The notes below the pieces were generated by a model. That model was not told the DNA's origin. It ran no database searches and worked only from the letters and a program-made list of their open reading frames with translations. 61,227 nucleotides of DNA from Candidatus Woesearchaeota archaeon. Its GTDB lineage: Archaea > Nanobdellota > Nanobdellia > Pacearchaeales > GW2011-AR1. The DNA lies in the NCBI GenBank assembly GCA_964497435.1, contig CAZCCD010000005.1, positions 46,214-107,440 on the forward strand, given 5' to 3'. Below, in pieces: positions 28,343 through 37,061 of this stretch; position 1 is the stretch's first letter, and every line of letters starts with the position of its first letter. The position numbers and the translations under genes were made by a program.

Positions 28343-29362
28343 ATGTGCCAGGATTCTAATGGAAATCCTAAAGGAGATTCTCCTTCAGCAAGTTTTGTCT
28401 TTAAGTATTGTGTCGATGACAGCCCTGACACACAAGCTCCAAAGATATTAGGGACAAACATTAATACAAATTCACCAATAGCATTCAATACTAGCTCAGT
28501 AAAAATAGAGCTTTACACAGACGAGCCTGCTGAATGTAGATGGAATAGAGATAGGGATGCGAGTTTTGGTTCAATGGAAGGAACAATGTCATGTAACTTA
28601 AGAGTATTTGACATGAATGCACAAAACACTTACAAATGCACAGCAACTTTAAGTGGCTTACAAGACAAGCAAGACAACAACTTTTATTTTAGATGTAAGG
28701 ACAAGCCATTAGAAAAAGATGAAAAAAAGAGATATGAAAACTCTCAAGGATATAAATTAACATTAATAGGAACACAGCCATTAGTAATAAACAAGATTGA
28801 GCCAGAAGGAATTGTCAAAGGCTCATCTGATTTAATTAAAGTTACATTGAAGGCAGAGACATCGGCGGGATATAAAGAAGGAGAGGCAATATGTTTTTAC
28901 AGCGAATCTTGTTTTGATGTATCGGGAAGCAAGACAGACTACACTTCTTTCTTTTATCCTGATAATAAATTCACCCATACACATAGCCAGGATATTTATT
29001 TAGAAGAGGGAACATATCAATGCTCTATAAAATGTGAGGATCTTGGAGGAAACGCTGATACTAAAGAAACAAGTTATACAGTTGAAATAGATGAATCAAC
29101 TCCAAAAGTCATAAGGGCATACAAAGTCGGATCCAGACTAGAAATTATAACTGATGAAGAAGCTGCCTGTGTTTACAGTCTACAAAGCTGTAGTTATTTA
29201 TTTGATGACGGGGTTAAAATAAACACCTTTGACAAGAAAGTGCATTCTCTTGAATGGGACACTACAAGGACTTATTATATAAAGTGTATGGATGAATTCA
29301 CGAACGAGCCTTTCCCTGATCAATGTTCAATAATAATAAGGGCGAGTGAAGATTTTGAATGA
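28343..29362 (+). CDS. beta-sandwich repeat part of the split paralog (continuation of 27182-28321)
   Basis: C-terminus PKVIRAYKVGSRLEIITDEEAACVY...YYIKCMDEFTN aligns with PKVVRVFKDGSRLKIITDEEARCYY...YYIKCKDQFGN of the 1029-aa protein. Confidence 0.6.
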   Translation: MCQDSNGNPKGDSPSASFVFKYCVDDSPDTQAPKILGTNINTNSPIAFNTSSVKIELYTDEPAECRWNRDRDASFGSMEGTMSCNLRVFDMNAQNTYKCTATLSGLQDKQDNNFYFRCKDKPLEKDEKKRYENSQGYKLTLIGTQPLVINKIEPEGIVKGSSDLIKVTLKAETSAGYKEGEAICFYSESCFDVSGSKTDYTSFFYPDNKFTHTHSQDIYLEEGTYQCSIKCEDLGGNADTKETSYTVEIDESTPKVIRAYKVGSRLEIITDEEAACVYSLQSCSYLFDDGVKINTFDKKVHSLEWDTTRTYYIKCMDEFTNEPFPDQCSIIIRASEDFE

Positions 29363-29591
29363 GGATCAATAATTGTCTCAAATCATTCATCCTCCGGCCA
29401 TAATTCTTTATCTATTTCGTCCAGCACTTTTTGAGTATCAATCTTCTTCATTTTCTTTTTTCTGCTTAATTCAAGAACATCTTCTACTGTCATAACTTTT
29501 TTGATTTAACCTTTACTATAATATATTCTATACTTTTAAGTTTAAATTCTTATTGAAAAACCTTTATAAGTTTAGAACTTCTTATTTCACT

Positions 29592-30041
29592 ATGTTAAAA
29601 AAGAGTAAAAGGGGCGAGATGCACATTTCTTTCGGAATGTTGTTTTCAATAATATTGATTATTGCTTTCATCGCATTTGCATTTTACGCAATAAAAACTT
29701 TCTTAGGAGTCCAGGGCACAGCTCAATTAGCAAAATTCAGGGAAAATCTCCAGGAAGATGTTGATGAGTTATGGAGAGCCAGTCGAGGAAGCCAGAAAAT
29801 GCCTTATTCTCTTCCTAAAAAAGTGGAACAAGTCTGTTTTCAAAAAGGAAATTACGAAAATTTAATTTTTCTACCCATAGAATCAGCAGAAGGCTTGAGT
29901 CCTAAGAGCATAGAGCATATTGACATTGACATCATAACATTAAGAGAGAATCCTTATTGTATAGATGTTGTTAATGGAAAGTTTGAATTAGTCTTAAAAA
30001 AAGATTTTGGTGAGGAATTAGTTACAATAACGAGGGCTTAA
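29592..30041 (+). CDS. pilin-like/N-terminally anchored small protein
   Basis: The ATG at 29592 gives MLKKSKRGEMHISFGMLFSIILIIAFIAFAFYAI. The ORF-track start at 29553 is TTG. Confidence 0.45.
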   Translation: MLKKSKRGEMHISFGMLFSIILIIAFIAFAFYAIKTFLGVQGTAQLAKFRENLQEDVDELWRASRGSQKMPYSLPKKVEQVCFQKGNYENLIFLPIESAEGLSPKSIEHIDIDIITLRENPYCIDVVNGKFELVLKKDFGEELVTITRA

Positions 30042-30080
30042 GAAATAAGAATATTTAAAGTGTAATCTATTATTTTTTAT

Positions 30081-33000
30081 ATGAAAAAGAGGATGAGTAA
30101 AAATCAAAAGTTAGTTATATTGTTTCTATCTGTGATTATTATTGTTGAATTGATTCTTCTAAGTGAATTTACAGGATTTGCTATTAGCCAATTAAATAAA
30201 AAAACAATTGTATTAGAAGAAGAAAAAATTCTGCCGGTTCAAAGCACCTGCACAGACACAGACAAAGGAATAAATATTTACATTGAAGGAACTACTTGTG
30301 ATGGCGGAGCTGGTGGTGGACTTCCTTGTTATAGGGATGAATGTAATGGTGATTATATTTTGGAATATTATTGTGAAGATGGTATAACTAAGGGTGACTG
30401 GTTTGAATGTTCATCAGGAATGTGTAGTAATGGTGCATGCTTTATTGATCCAGATAGAGCTTACTACATAAGTTTAGTGGTAGCAGAACAAGATGGGGGT
30501 GCTACAATACGAGTTGATGATTCTACAAAAGAGATTTCTTTAGGAGGAACAAAAACTATTGATTACTTACCAATAACCCTAACAAGAGCTAAAGAATACA
30601 TTGATCATTATGAAGCAACAATCAATGTAAATTTAGTTTTCTCGCAGGATAAAAATTACATCCAACTACATTCATCTTTTCCAAGAAAGTGGTATGAATT
30701 TAACTTATTAGATGTTTCTGAAGAAAATCAAAGCGCGACTTTTAGGATTAAAACTTATGATGGAGAGGATGTAATTAAGGAGATTAGTTTTGGGTCGGAA
30801 AACTTAGGAAACTTAAGTTTGATTTTAAAAAATCCAGTGTATAAAAATGACTCTCAAATGATTGCAGATATTTTAGTTGAAAATTTGGAATTAATTTCTT
30901 ATGCTAATTGTTTTGACACAGATGGACTTAACTATACAAATAAGGGAAATATTTATGGGAACTACACAGACGGATCTCCATTCAGCTTATTTGATTACTG
31001 TGATGGAGATTTGTTAGTGGAACAAACATGTGAATTGGGACAACCATATTTTAGAGGCTTGAATTGTGCAAATTATGGTTCTTCCTGTGTTAATGGAGCA
31101 TGTCTGCCTTTTAATGGAACATGCATTGAATCAGATTCAGGCATTGATTATTTTAATTATGGAAACAATTATGGGTATTATTCTAATTTAAGCTTCTATG
31201 ACTTAAATGATTATTGCCTTAATAATAACACTATTAATGAGTTTTATTGCCCTAGTAACTTTAGCGAGGTAAAAAATGTTTTATTTAATTGCAGTGATAT
31301 AAATGCAACATGTGATGGGGGTTATAAAAGATGTATATTAAATTTGAAAAGTTGCACAGATTCTGATGGATATGATCCTATTGTCTTTGGTTATATTTAT
31401 GGAATTCGTAGTAATTCTTCATCTTTCCAGTATAATGATACTTGTGTGGATAATTCTAGCGTTATAGAGTATTGGTGTAGTTCGAAAGACTCTTACCCTA
31501 TTTCAAGTGAAAGAAGTTGTAAGTTATATTTAGGAAATTCAAATGCAAGCTGTATTAATGGAGCATGTGTCCCATCTTGTAGAGCTGCTAGTGATTTATC
31601 TGGCGAACAATATGTTTATGGTAGTTACTCTAATGGCACATCTTTCAAAATTTATGACGAATGTATTGATAATGAAACTCTAAGACGTGTTAAATGTGAT
31701 GCAAATGGTTATTATGGTGAACCTTTTTTTGAAGAGTATAATTGTTTAGCAAATGAGTTTGATGGTTGTGTTTCCAACAAATGTATTAATATATGTTATA
31801 AAGATAAAGATTGTAGTCCCTTAGAAGGATATTACTGCAGTGGAAATAAAGTATTTGCCAACACTAGCAGAAGATGTGTTAATCCTGGAACTATTAATTC
31901 TTATTGTGAAGATGTTATTGGAACAACTCTTGTTAATGATTGTGGCACAAACAGTCAGTGTGTTGATGGAATAAAATGTTGCCAGAAAGAGCCAGAAAAA
32001 TTTTTCCCTATAGGATTATGGATGTTTAATAAAACAAACTTTAGTGTTGCTTTAGATCTTAATGTTAACACTATTTTGCCAATTAAATATAATATTGAAA
32101 GCAATATTCTGTTTAATAAACTCCTTGACGATGCAAATAAAAAAAGTATTAAAGTATTTGGAAATAGTCCTTGGTATGGTTGGTTTATTGATGATGTTAT
32201 TAGAAAAGTTAAAGTAAATTCTGTCTGTGGATACAACTCTTTTTCAAGATATATTGTTATGGATGAACCTTACCCTGAAGAGTTAGATGGTTTAAAAAGA
32301 GCTTATGAAAGAATTAAGTTCTATGACAAACAACACCCTGCTTATACAACTGTTCATTTACCATGGATTTTTGAAGATTTTGTAGAAACAGTTCAGCCAA
32401 ATGAATTAGATATCCATAATTTTCCAATACAGCCAGAAACACCTTATCCAGATGAAGACTCTTATGAATACGATAAAGCAATTAATGAATACGGAATTGT
32501 TTTATCCCAAGCTAGAGACATTACTCTTAGACACAATATTCCATTATGGGCAACAACCCAGTCATTTGTTTACCAAAACGAAGATAATACTCAAAGAGAT
32601 ATGTTGTTAAGCGAGGCCAGATTATTAAATTACATGCCTCTTGCATATGGCTCAAAAGGAATTTCTCATTTTATTGATTATTCTTATCCAGAGTCTGGAA
32701 GAGTTGTCTCAGCTTTAATAGATATAAACGGACAAAAAACACAAAGATATTACGAAATAAAAGAATTTAATAGAAAATTAAAGAAAATTGCACCAATTCT
32801 CCTAGAGTTAAACTCGACTGGAGCTTGTAATTCAAGATTTATTAATTATTTTCCAAATCAAGCTAATATTATAATAAATCCTAGTTTTGAAACAACAACA
32901 CCAACATCGATTGATGGATGGAATGGAGATCCTAATTTAGTTATAGCTAATGGAGCAACCATTGGAGGATGTAATTCTGGAAGCAAATGCTCTAAAGCAA

Positions 33001-33989
33001 TAAGAGCTAATTGGGGCTTTCATCAAATAATTTCAGGAATGCAACCAGACACTTATTACGAACTAAGTTACAGTTTAAAAGAGGGGCCAATAGAAACAAT
33101 TCCCAGAGTTCATATTTATTCGTCTACAGGAGAATCAATCATTGGTTGTTCTTCTAATCCTGAAGACTCGTGGAAAAGAGTTTCTTGTGTATTTAGGACT
33201 CCTTTTACTCTAACTGGAAATCCTGTAATGTATGTTATTAGTGGAACAGACCCTTTTGATTCTAATGAATTTAACTATGTAGATGACATTGATTTAAGAA
33301 AAATAAATCCATTTGGAGGAGGATGTAACATTTCTTCAATAACTGAAGTAAGTGGAAATCTTGAAATTGGAACTTTTATAGATGTTAATAATGATAATTA
33401 CATAATGGTTGTTAATAGAGACACTTTAAATCCTATTACAACTGATTTGACATTAAGTGTTGATCTCTCAAAATATAATAATCCTTATTTAATTGATTTA
33501 ATAACTGGAGAAATAGGACAATTAAATAAAGGTTCGTCGCAGATAACTATTTCTAAATCTTTAGAATCTGGTGAGGGGAAAGTTTTCAAAATTGGAGATG
33601 TTTTGTGTGGAGATAATAATTTTGATGGTCGTTTAAGTGCAGCTGATGTACTTTACTTAGTAAATTTTATATTTAAAGGTGGTCAAGATCTAATAATTCC
33701 GTCTGTTGCAGATGTTAATGGAGATGGTGTTATTTCTGCTGCAGATATCATTTATCTCGTGAACTATCTCTTTAAAACAGGTTCTGCGCCAACATGCTCC
33801 TTAGGAAATAGTGTTTCAACACAAACAACATATTCTCAAAGTGAATTACAAGATTATGAAAACAAATTAAAAGAAGTAGGAATAGATATTGACTTAACTA
33901 CTAAATCTCAAACCCAAATAGAACAAACTCAAGAAGAATCGCAAAATATCTTAGAGAAGTTTTGGAATTTTGTGAAAGAGATTTTTTAA
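30081..33989 (+). CDS. giant secreted protein: five Cys-rich modules, TIM-barrel glycoside-hydrolase-like region, CBM-like domain, C-terminal dockerin
   Basis: Five C.D[ST]DG...C...L.E..C...C.NGAC modules. NPSFETTTPTSIDGWNGD (CBM4/9-like). Dockerin repeats DGRLSAADVLYLVNFIF and DVNGDGVISAADIIYLVNYLF (about 33600-33800). Confidence 0.7.
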   Translation: MKKRMSKNQKLVILFLSVIIIVELILLSEFTGFAISQLNKKTIVLEEEKILPVQSTCTDTDKGINIYIEGTTCDGGAGGGLPCYRDECNGDYILEYYCEDGITKGDWFECSSGMCSNGACFIDPDRAYYISLVVAEQDGGATIRVDDSTKEISLGGTKTIDYLPITLTRAKEYIDHYEATINVNLVFSQDKNYIQLHSSFPRKWYEFNLLDVSEENQSATFRIKTYDGEDVIKEISFGSENLGNLSLILKNPVYKNDSQMIADILVENLELISYANCFDTDGLNYTNKGNIYGNYTDGSPFSLFDYCDGDLLVEQTCELGQPYFRGLNCANYGSSCVNGACLPFNGTCIESDSGIDYFNYGNNYGYYSNLSFYDLNDYCLNNNTINEFYCPSNFSEVKNVLFNCSDINATCDGGYKRCILNLKSCTDSDGYDPIVFGYIYGIRSNSSSFQYNDTCVDNSSVIEYWCSSKDSYPISSERSCKLYLGNSNASCINGACVPSCRAASDLSGEQYVYGSYSNGTSFKIYDECIDNETLRRVKCDANGYYGEPFFEEYNCLANEFDGCVSNKCINICYKDKDCSPLEGYYCSGNKVFANTSRRCVNPGTINSYCEDVIGTTLVNDCGTNSQCVDGIKCCQKEPEKFFPIGLWMFNKTNFSVALDLNVNTILPIKYNIESNILFNKLLDDANKKSIKVFGNSPWYGWFIDDVIRKVKVNSVCGYNSFSRYIVMDEPYPEELDGLKRAYERIKFYDKQHPAYTTVHLPWIFEDFVETVQPNELDIHNFPIQPETPYPDEDSYEYDKAINEYGIVLSQARDITLRHNIPLWATTQSFVYQNEDNTQRDMLLSEARLLNYMPLAYGSKGISHFIDYSYPESGRVVSALIDINGQKTQRYYEIKEFNRKLKKIAPILLELNSTGACNSRFINYFPNQANIIINPSFETTTPTSIDGWNGDPNLVIANGATIGGCNSGSKCSKAIRANWGFHQIISGMQPDTYYELSYSLKEGPIETIPRVHIYSSTGESIIGCSSNPEDSWKRVSCVFRTPFTLTGNPVMYVISGTDPFDSNEFNYVDDIDLRKINPFGGGCNISSITEVSGNLEIGTFIDVNNDNYIMVVNRDTLNPITTDLTLSVDLSKYNNPYLIDLITGEIGQLNKGSSQITISKSLESGEGKVFKIGDVLCGDNNFDGRLSAADVLYLVNFIFKGGQDLIIPSVADVNGDGVISAADIIYLVNYLFKTGSAPTCSLGNSVSTQTTYSQSELQDYENKLKEVGIDIDLTTKSQTQIEQTQEESQNILEKFWNFVKEIF

Positions 33990-34023
33990 ATAATTTTAAA
34001 TAAGCTATCTGCTTCTTTTATTC

Positions 34024-34941
34024 ATGAGGAAAAAGAGTGGCTTCATAGATATATCATTCAACTGGATATTTTCTTTAATTGTCGGAGCTTTCATATTATT
34101 CATGGCTATATTCATAGCCGTAAAAATAACAAACATAGAAAGAGTTAGTCAAGGCGCTCAAACAAGCAAAGACATAGGGATTTTATTAAGCCCATTAGAA
34201 ACAGGATTTGAAACATCGATAGCAACAACATTAATACTTCCTTCTGAAACAATAATTCAAACTGATTGTAATGAATTCGGGAATTTTGGAAACCAGATAA
34301 TAAAAACATTTCAAAAAAAACCTCTTAATTCAAACCAGGTTTCTGTCTCTTTCCAGAATAAATACATAATGTCAGAGAAAACCATTGAAGGAAAGAATTT
34401 TTACGTGTTTTCTATGCCTTTCAATTTTCCTTTTAAGGTTGCTAGCTTAACATATTTAATTCCTGTTAATAAAGAGTATTGTTTTGTTAAAGCTCCTGAA
34501 AATATAATAAAAGAGTTGAATGATTTAGAAATAAATAATATTCTAAATTCAACAAGGGCCGGAGATTGTAATGAAGATAGTGTAAGTGTCTGCTTTCAAG
34601 GAGCAGGCGGCTGTTCTATTAATGTTAGAAGTGATTATATTGAAAAAAACAATAAAAGAGTTTATTTTGAGGGCAATGAATTGATGTATGCCTCTATTTT
34701 TTCAGACCCTGATATTTATGAATGCCAGCTTGTAAGATTAATGAAAAGAACAAGTAAATTAACATCTTTATATGAGGATAAAGCTGTTTTCATAGCTCAA
34801 AAATGTAATACAAATATTAATTTTGATGAATTTAAGGCTCTTGTAGACAGCTTTGAAAACTCTCAAGACTTAAACAATTTAGAAGTAGAATCTTCAATTT
34901 TAACTAAATCAAATGATGTTGCTAACTGCAAGTTGTGGTGA
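34024..34941 (+). CDS. pilin-like/N-terminally anchored protein
   Basis: MRKKSGFIDISFNWIFSLIVGAFILFMAIFIAV, then a 270-aa ectodomain containing Cys residues. Confidence 0.5.
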   Translation: MRKKSGFIDISFNWIFSLIVGAFILFMAIFIAVKITNIERVSQGAQTSKDIGILLSPLETGFETSIATTLILPSETIIQTDCNEFGNFGNQIIKTFQKKPLNSNQVSVSFQNKYIMSEKTIEGKNFYVFSMPFNFPFKVASLTYLIPVNKEYCFVKAPENIIKELNDLEINNILNSTRAGDCNEDSVSVCFQGAGGCSINVRSDYIEKNNKRVYFEGNELMYASIFSDPDIYECQLVRLMKRTSKLTSLYEDKAVFIAQKCNTNINFDEFKALVDSFENSQDLNNLEVESSILTKSNDVANCKLW

Positions 34942-34944
34942 ACA

Positions 34945-35310
34945 ATGTCAAATGATAATGGATTAGTTGATGAATATGAAAAGCTGCAGACATTAAAGAA
35001 CGAAATAAATGAGAAAATTGAGAATATGAAAAAAGAAATTATTAATCTGGCAGAACAAAAGAACACTAACATTCTCTTTGGTTCTAATAAAAAATGTTCA
35101 ATAAAAGAATACTTTAAAGTGATTTATCCTGATGATAAAACTAAAATAATTGAGCTTGTTAAAAGAAAAGGCCTTTATGAAATGTTTTCTTCTATTAATT
35201 ATCTAAAGTTAGGTTCAGCAATAGTTAAAGGAGCAGTTGATTATGATATTCAAAATTTAGTTAAAAAAGAAAAAGCCTTTAGGCTTTCTTTGTTAGATAT
35301 TCAAAAATGA
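34945..35310 (+). CDS. soluble coiled-coil hypothetical protein
   Basis: 121 aa with no TM segment. Starts 3 nt after the upstream stop and has an ATGA overlap downstream. Confidence 0.45.
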   Translation: MSNDNGLVDEYEKLQTLKNEINEKIENMKKEIINLAEQKNTNILFGSNKKCSIKEYFKVIYPDDKTKIIELVKRKGLYEMFSSINYLKLGSAIVKGAVDYDIQNLVKKEKAFRLSLLDIQK

Positions 35311-35861
35311 AAACAATAAAAAATCAGAGATTTTTTCATCCTTCGTTTTTTCCAAAAACGAGAAAATCGCAGATGAAAATACAGCAGACAGCATTCATGT
35401 TAATAGCTGTTACTTTACTTTTTGTACTTGTTGGATTGTTTTTTTTGAGTGTAAGGCTTTCTGAACTTAAAAGAGGAGCATCTGAACTTGAGGAGAAAAA
35501 TGCCAAGCTCCTTATTACAAGATTGGCTGACTCTCCAGAATTTAATTGCGATAGCTCTAATTTAAGAGTAGGGTGTGTTGATGCAGATAAAGTAATGACG
35601 TTGAAAGAAAGAATAAATGAATATGCTAATTTTTGGGGAGTTTCAGGGATAGAGATAAGGAAAATATATCCAAAATCAAGCCAGGACATAAAATGTACTC
35701 TCTCTAATTATCCTAATTGCAATATAATTGAGGTAAAAAAAGGCCAAGGAACATTTGTTGGAAATTTTGTGAGTTTATGCAGGAAAGAGGTTTATGAAGG
35801 AGATGTTTATGATAAATGTGAGATAGCTTTATTGCAGGTTAGTTATGAAGCGAAAACATAA
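35307..35861 (+). CDS. pilin-like/N-terminally anchored protein
   Basis: KTRKSQMKIQQTAFMLIAVTLLFVLVGLFFL. Confidence 0.5.
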   Translation: MKTIKNQRFFHPSFFPKTRKSQMKIQQTAFMLIAVTLLFVLVGLFFLSVRLSELKRGASELEEKNAKLLITRLADSPEFNCDSSNLRVGCVDADKVMTLKERINEYANFWGVSGIEIRKIYPKSSQDIKCTLSNYPNCNIIEVKKGQGTFVGNFVSLCRKEVYEGDVYDKCEIALLQVSYEAKT

Positions 35862-36348
35862 AATGCTAAAAAAAATTAAATCTGGACAGGAAGAGCTAGT
35901 AGGGTTTGGAATCATAATTGTTATCTTAGCAGTCATAATGCTTTTCTTTCTTTGGTTCTTTATTTCAAAGCAAGATAATAGTGTGAAAAGCTATGAAGTT
36001 GAAAGTTTTCTTCATTCAACCTTACAGTTTACTAGTGAATGTAGGCACTACAGGGAAGGCTATCTTGATATTAATGATTTGATATTTGAATGTGAGAATG
36101 AATTTACATGTTTAAATGGGGAATATAGCTGTGAAGTATTAAATTCAACTATCTCAGGCATTTTAAAGGAAAGCTATATTATAAGAGGGAATAGTCCTGT
36201 AAAGGGTTATAAATTAGAGATAAATATAGAAAATAATGTGTTATTAAACATAAAATCTGGGAACGAAACAGGCAATTCAAGAGGTGCATACCAAGAAATA
36301 CCTGAAAGAGGGGATGTAGCTATTATGTCTTTCAATATCTATACCTAG
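35845..36348 (+). CDS. pilin-like/N-terminally anchored protein
   Basis: KKIKSGQEELVGFGIIIVILAVIMLFFLWF. Overlaps the upstream gene by 17 nt. Confidence 0.5.
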   Translation: MKRKHKMLKKIKSGQEELVGFGIIIVILAVIMLFFLWFFISKQDNSVKSYEVESFLHSTLQFTSECRHYREGYLDINDLIFECENEFTCLNGEYSCEVLNSTISGILKESYIIRGNSPVKGYKLEINIENNVLLNIKSGNETGNSRGAYQEIPERGDVAIMSFNIYT

Positions 36349-36698
36349 ACTTTGAAATGAATAGTAAGTGTATCTACAGAAATAACAGGTCTAAGCCTCT
36401 TCCTTTCCTTTGTCTTTTCCTCTATAAAGTCTATGAACCCGAACCTTTCAAGCAGGTTAAGGTCATCTTTTACTGTTTTAAAGCCTCTGCCAAGTTTCTT
36501 TGCAAGCTCATAAATTGACTTGGGTTTTTCTTGTTTTATAACATGGAGAATCCTGGCCTTTTCATTGTTTAAAAGTTGCCTTAAAGCCAAAAGACTCTCA
36601 AAATCATAGTTTTCTTTAGGAGAATCTTTCTTAGAAAATAAAGAGAACATTCCTTTTGATTCTTCTATTGTCACTTCTCTTATTTTTACCCTTGTCAT
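36345..36698 (-). CDS. winged-helix transcriptional regulator
   Basis: KPKSIYELAKKLGRGFKTVKDDLNLLERFGFIDF. Convergent with the surface cluster and divergent from the S-layer gene. Confidence 0.55.
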   Translation of the reverse strand: MTRVKIREVTIEESKGMFSLFSKKDSPKENYDFESLLALRQLLNNEKARILHVIKQEKPKSIYELAKKLGRGFKTVKDDLNLLERFGFIDFIEEKTKERKRLRPVISVDTLTIHFKV

Positions 36699-36712
36699 TT
36701 TATCGACGGAAA

Positions 36713-36743
36713 AATATATCTATTATTTTTAAATAGATATATT
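36713..36743. promoter_or_regulatory. perfect 12-bp inverted repeat (aatatatctatt N7 aatagatatatt), candidate operator
   Basis: Read directly from the sequence. Lies 15 nt upstream of the wHTH gene start, in the divergent wHTH/S-layer intergenic region. Confidence 0.35.
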
Positions 36744-37046
36744 AGACATATTCTTCTCATATATATGTATTACTTTTAATCATGTATTAGGGGGTTTATT
36801 ATGTTAATAAACTTTTCGTTATAAGGATGAGGAGAATATATATCTAAACTATATATTAATTATAAAATAGTTACGCAAAGTTTATAAATAAAAATCTAAA
36901 ATTAAGGGTCTTCTTTGTTAAAATTAAAAGTTTAGACAATAAGCTTTTTAAAGGAAATGCCTTGGTTTTATTGCACCTTTAACATTATACTCACACTCCA
37001 ATAATGGGGTGAAGTTGTCATAAGACAATGGTCTATAGAGGTGAAA

Positions 37047-37052
37047 GGAGGT
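37047..37052 (+). promoter_or_regulatory. Shine-Dalgarno-like GGAGGT for the S-layer gene
   Basis: GGAGGT lies 9 nt upstream of the ATG at 37062. Confidence 0.5.
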
Positions 37053-37061
37053 TTAATAAAT

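Noticed and set aside
20430-29362. Diversity-generating retroelement targeting the Cys-rich or Ig-like proteins.
   Set aside because: There is no reverse transcriptase gene and no near-identical template/variable repeat pair. The paralogs share only short identical stretches of nucleotides (17 nt or less).
29383-29493. 36-aa minus-strand ORF (MTVEDVLELSRKKKMKKIDTQKVLDEIDKELWPEDE) in the gap inside the surface cluster.
   Set aside because: It is too short, has no recognisable motif or clear RBS, and lies antisense in an otherwise one-strand operon. It is noted only as a possibility.
19670-36348. Calling the cluster a complete type IV pilus or archaellum operon.
   Set aside because: The window contains no FlaI/PilB-type ATPase, TadC/FlaJ-type platform, prepilin peptidase or archaellin-like FlaB. 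Only the pilin-like N-termini support a link, so it is reported as a candidate novel system rather than a known machine.
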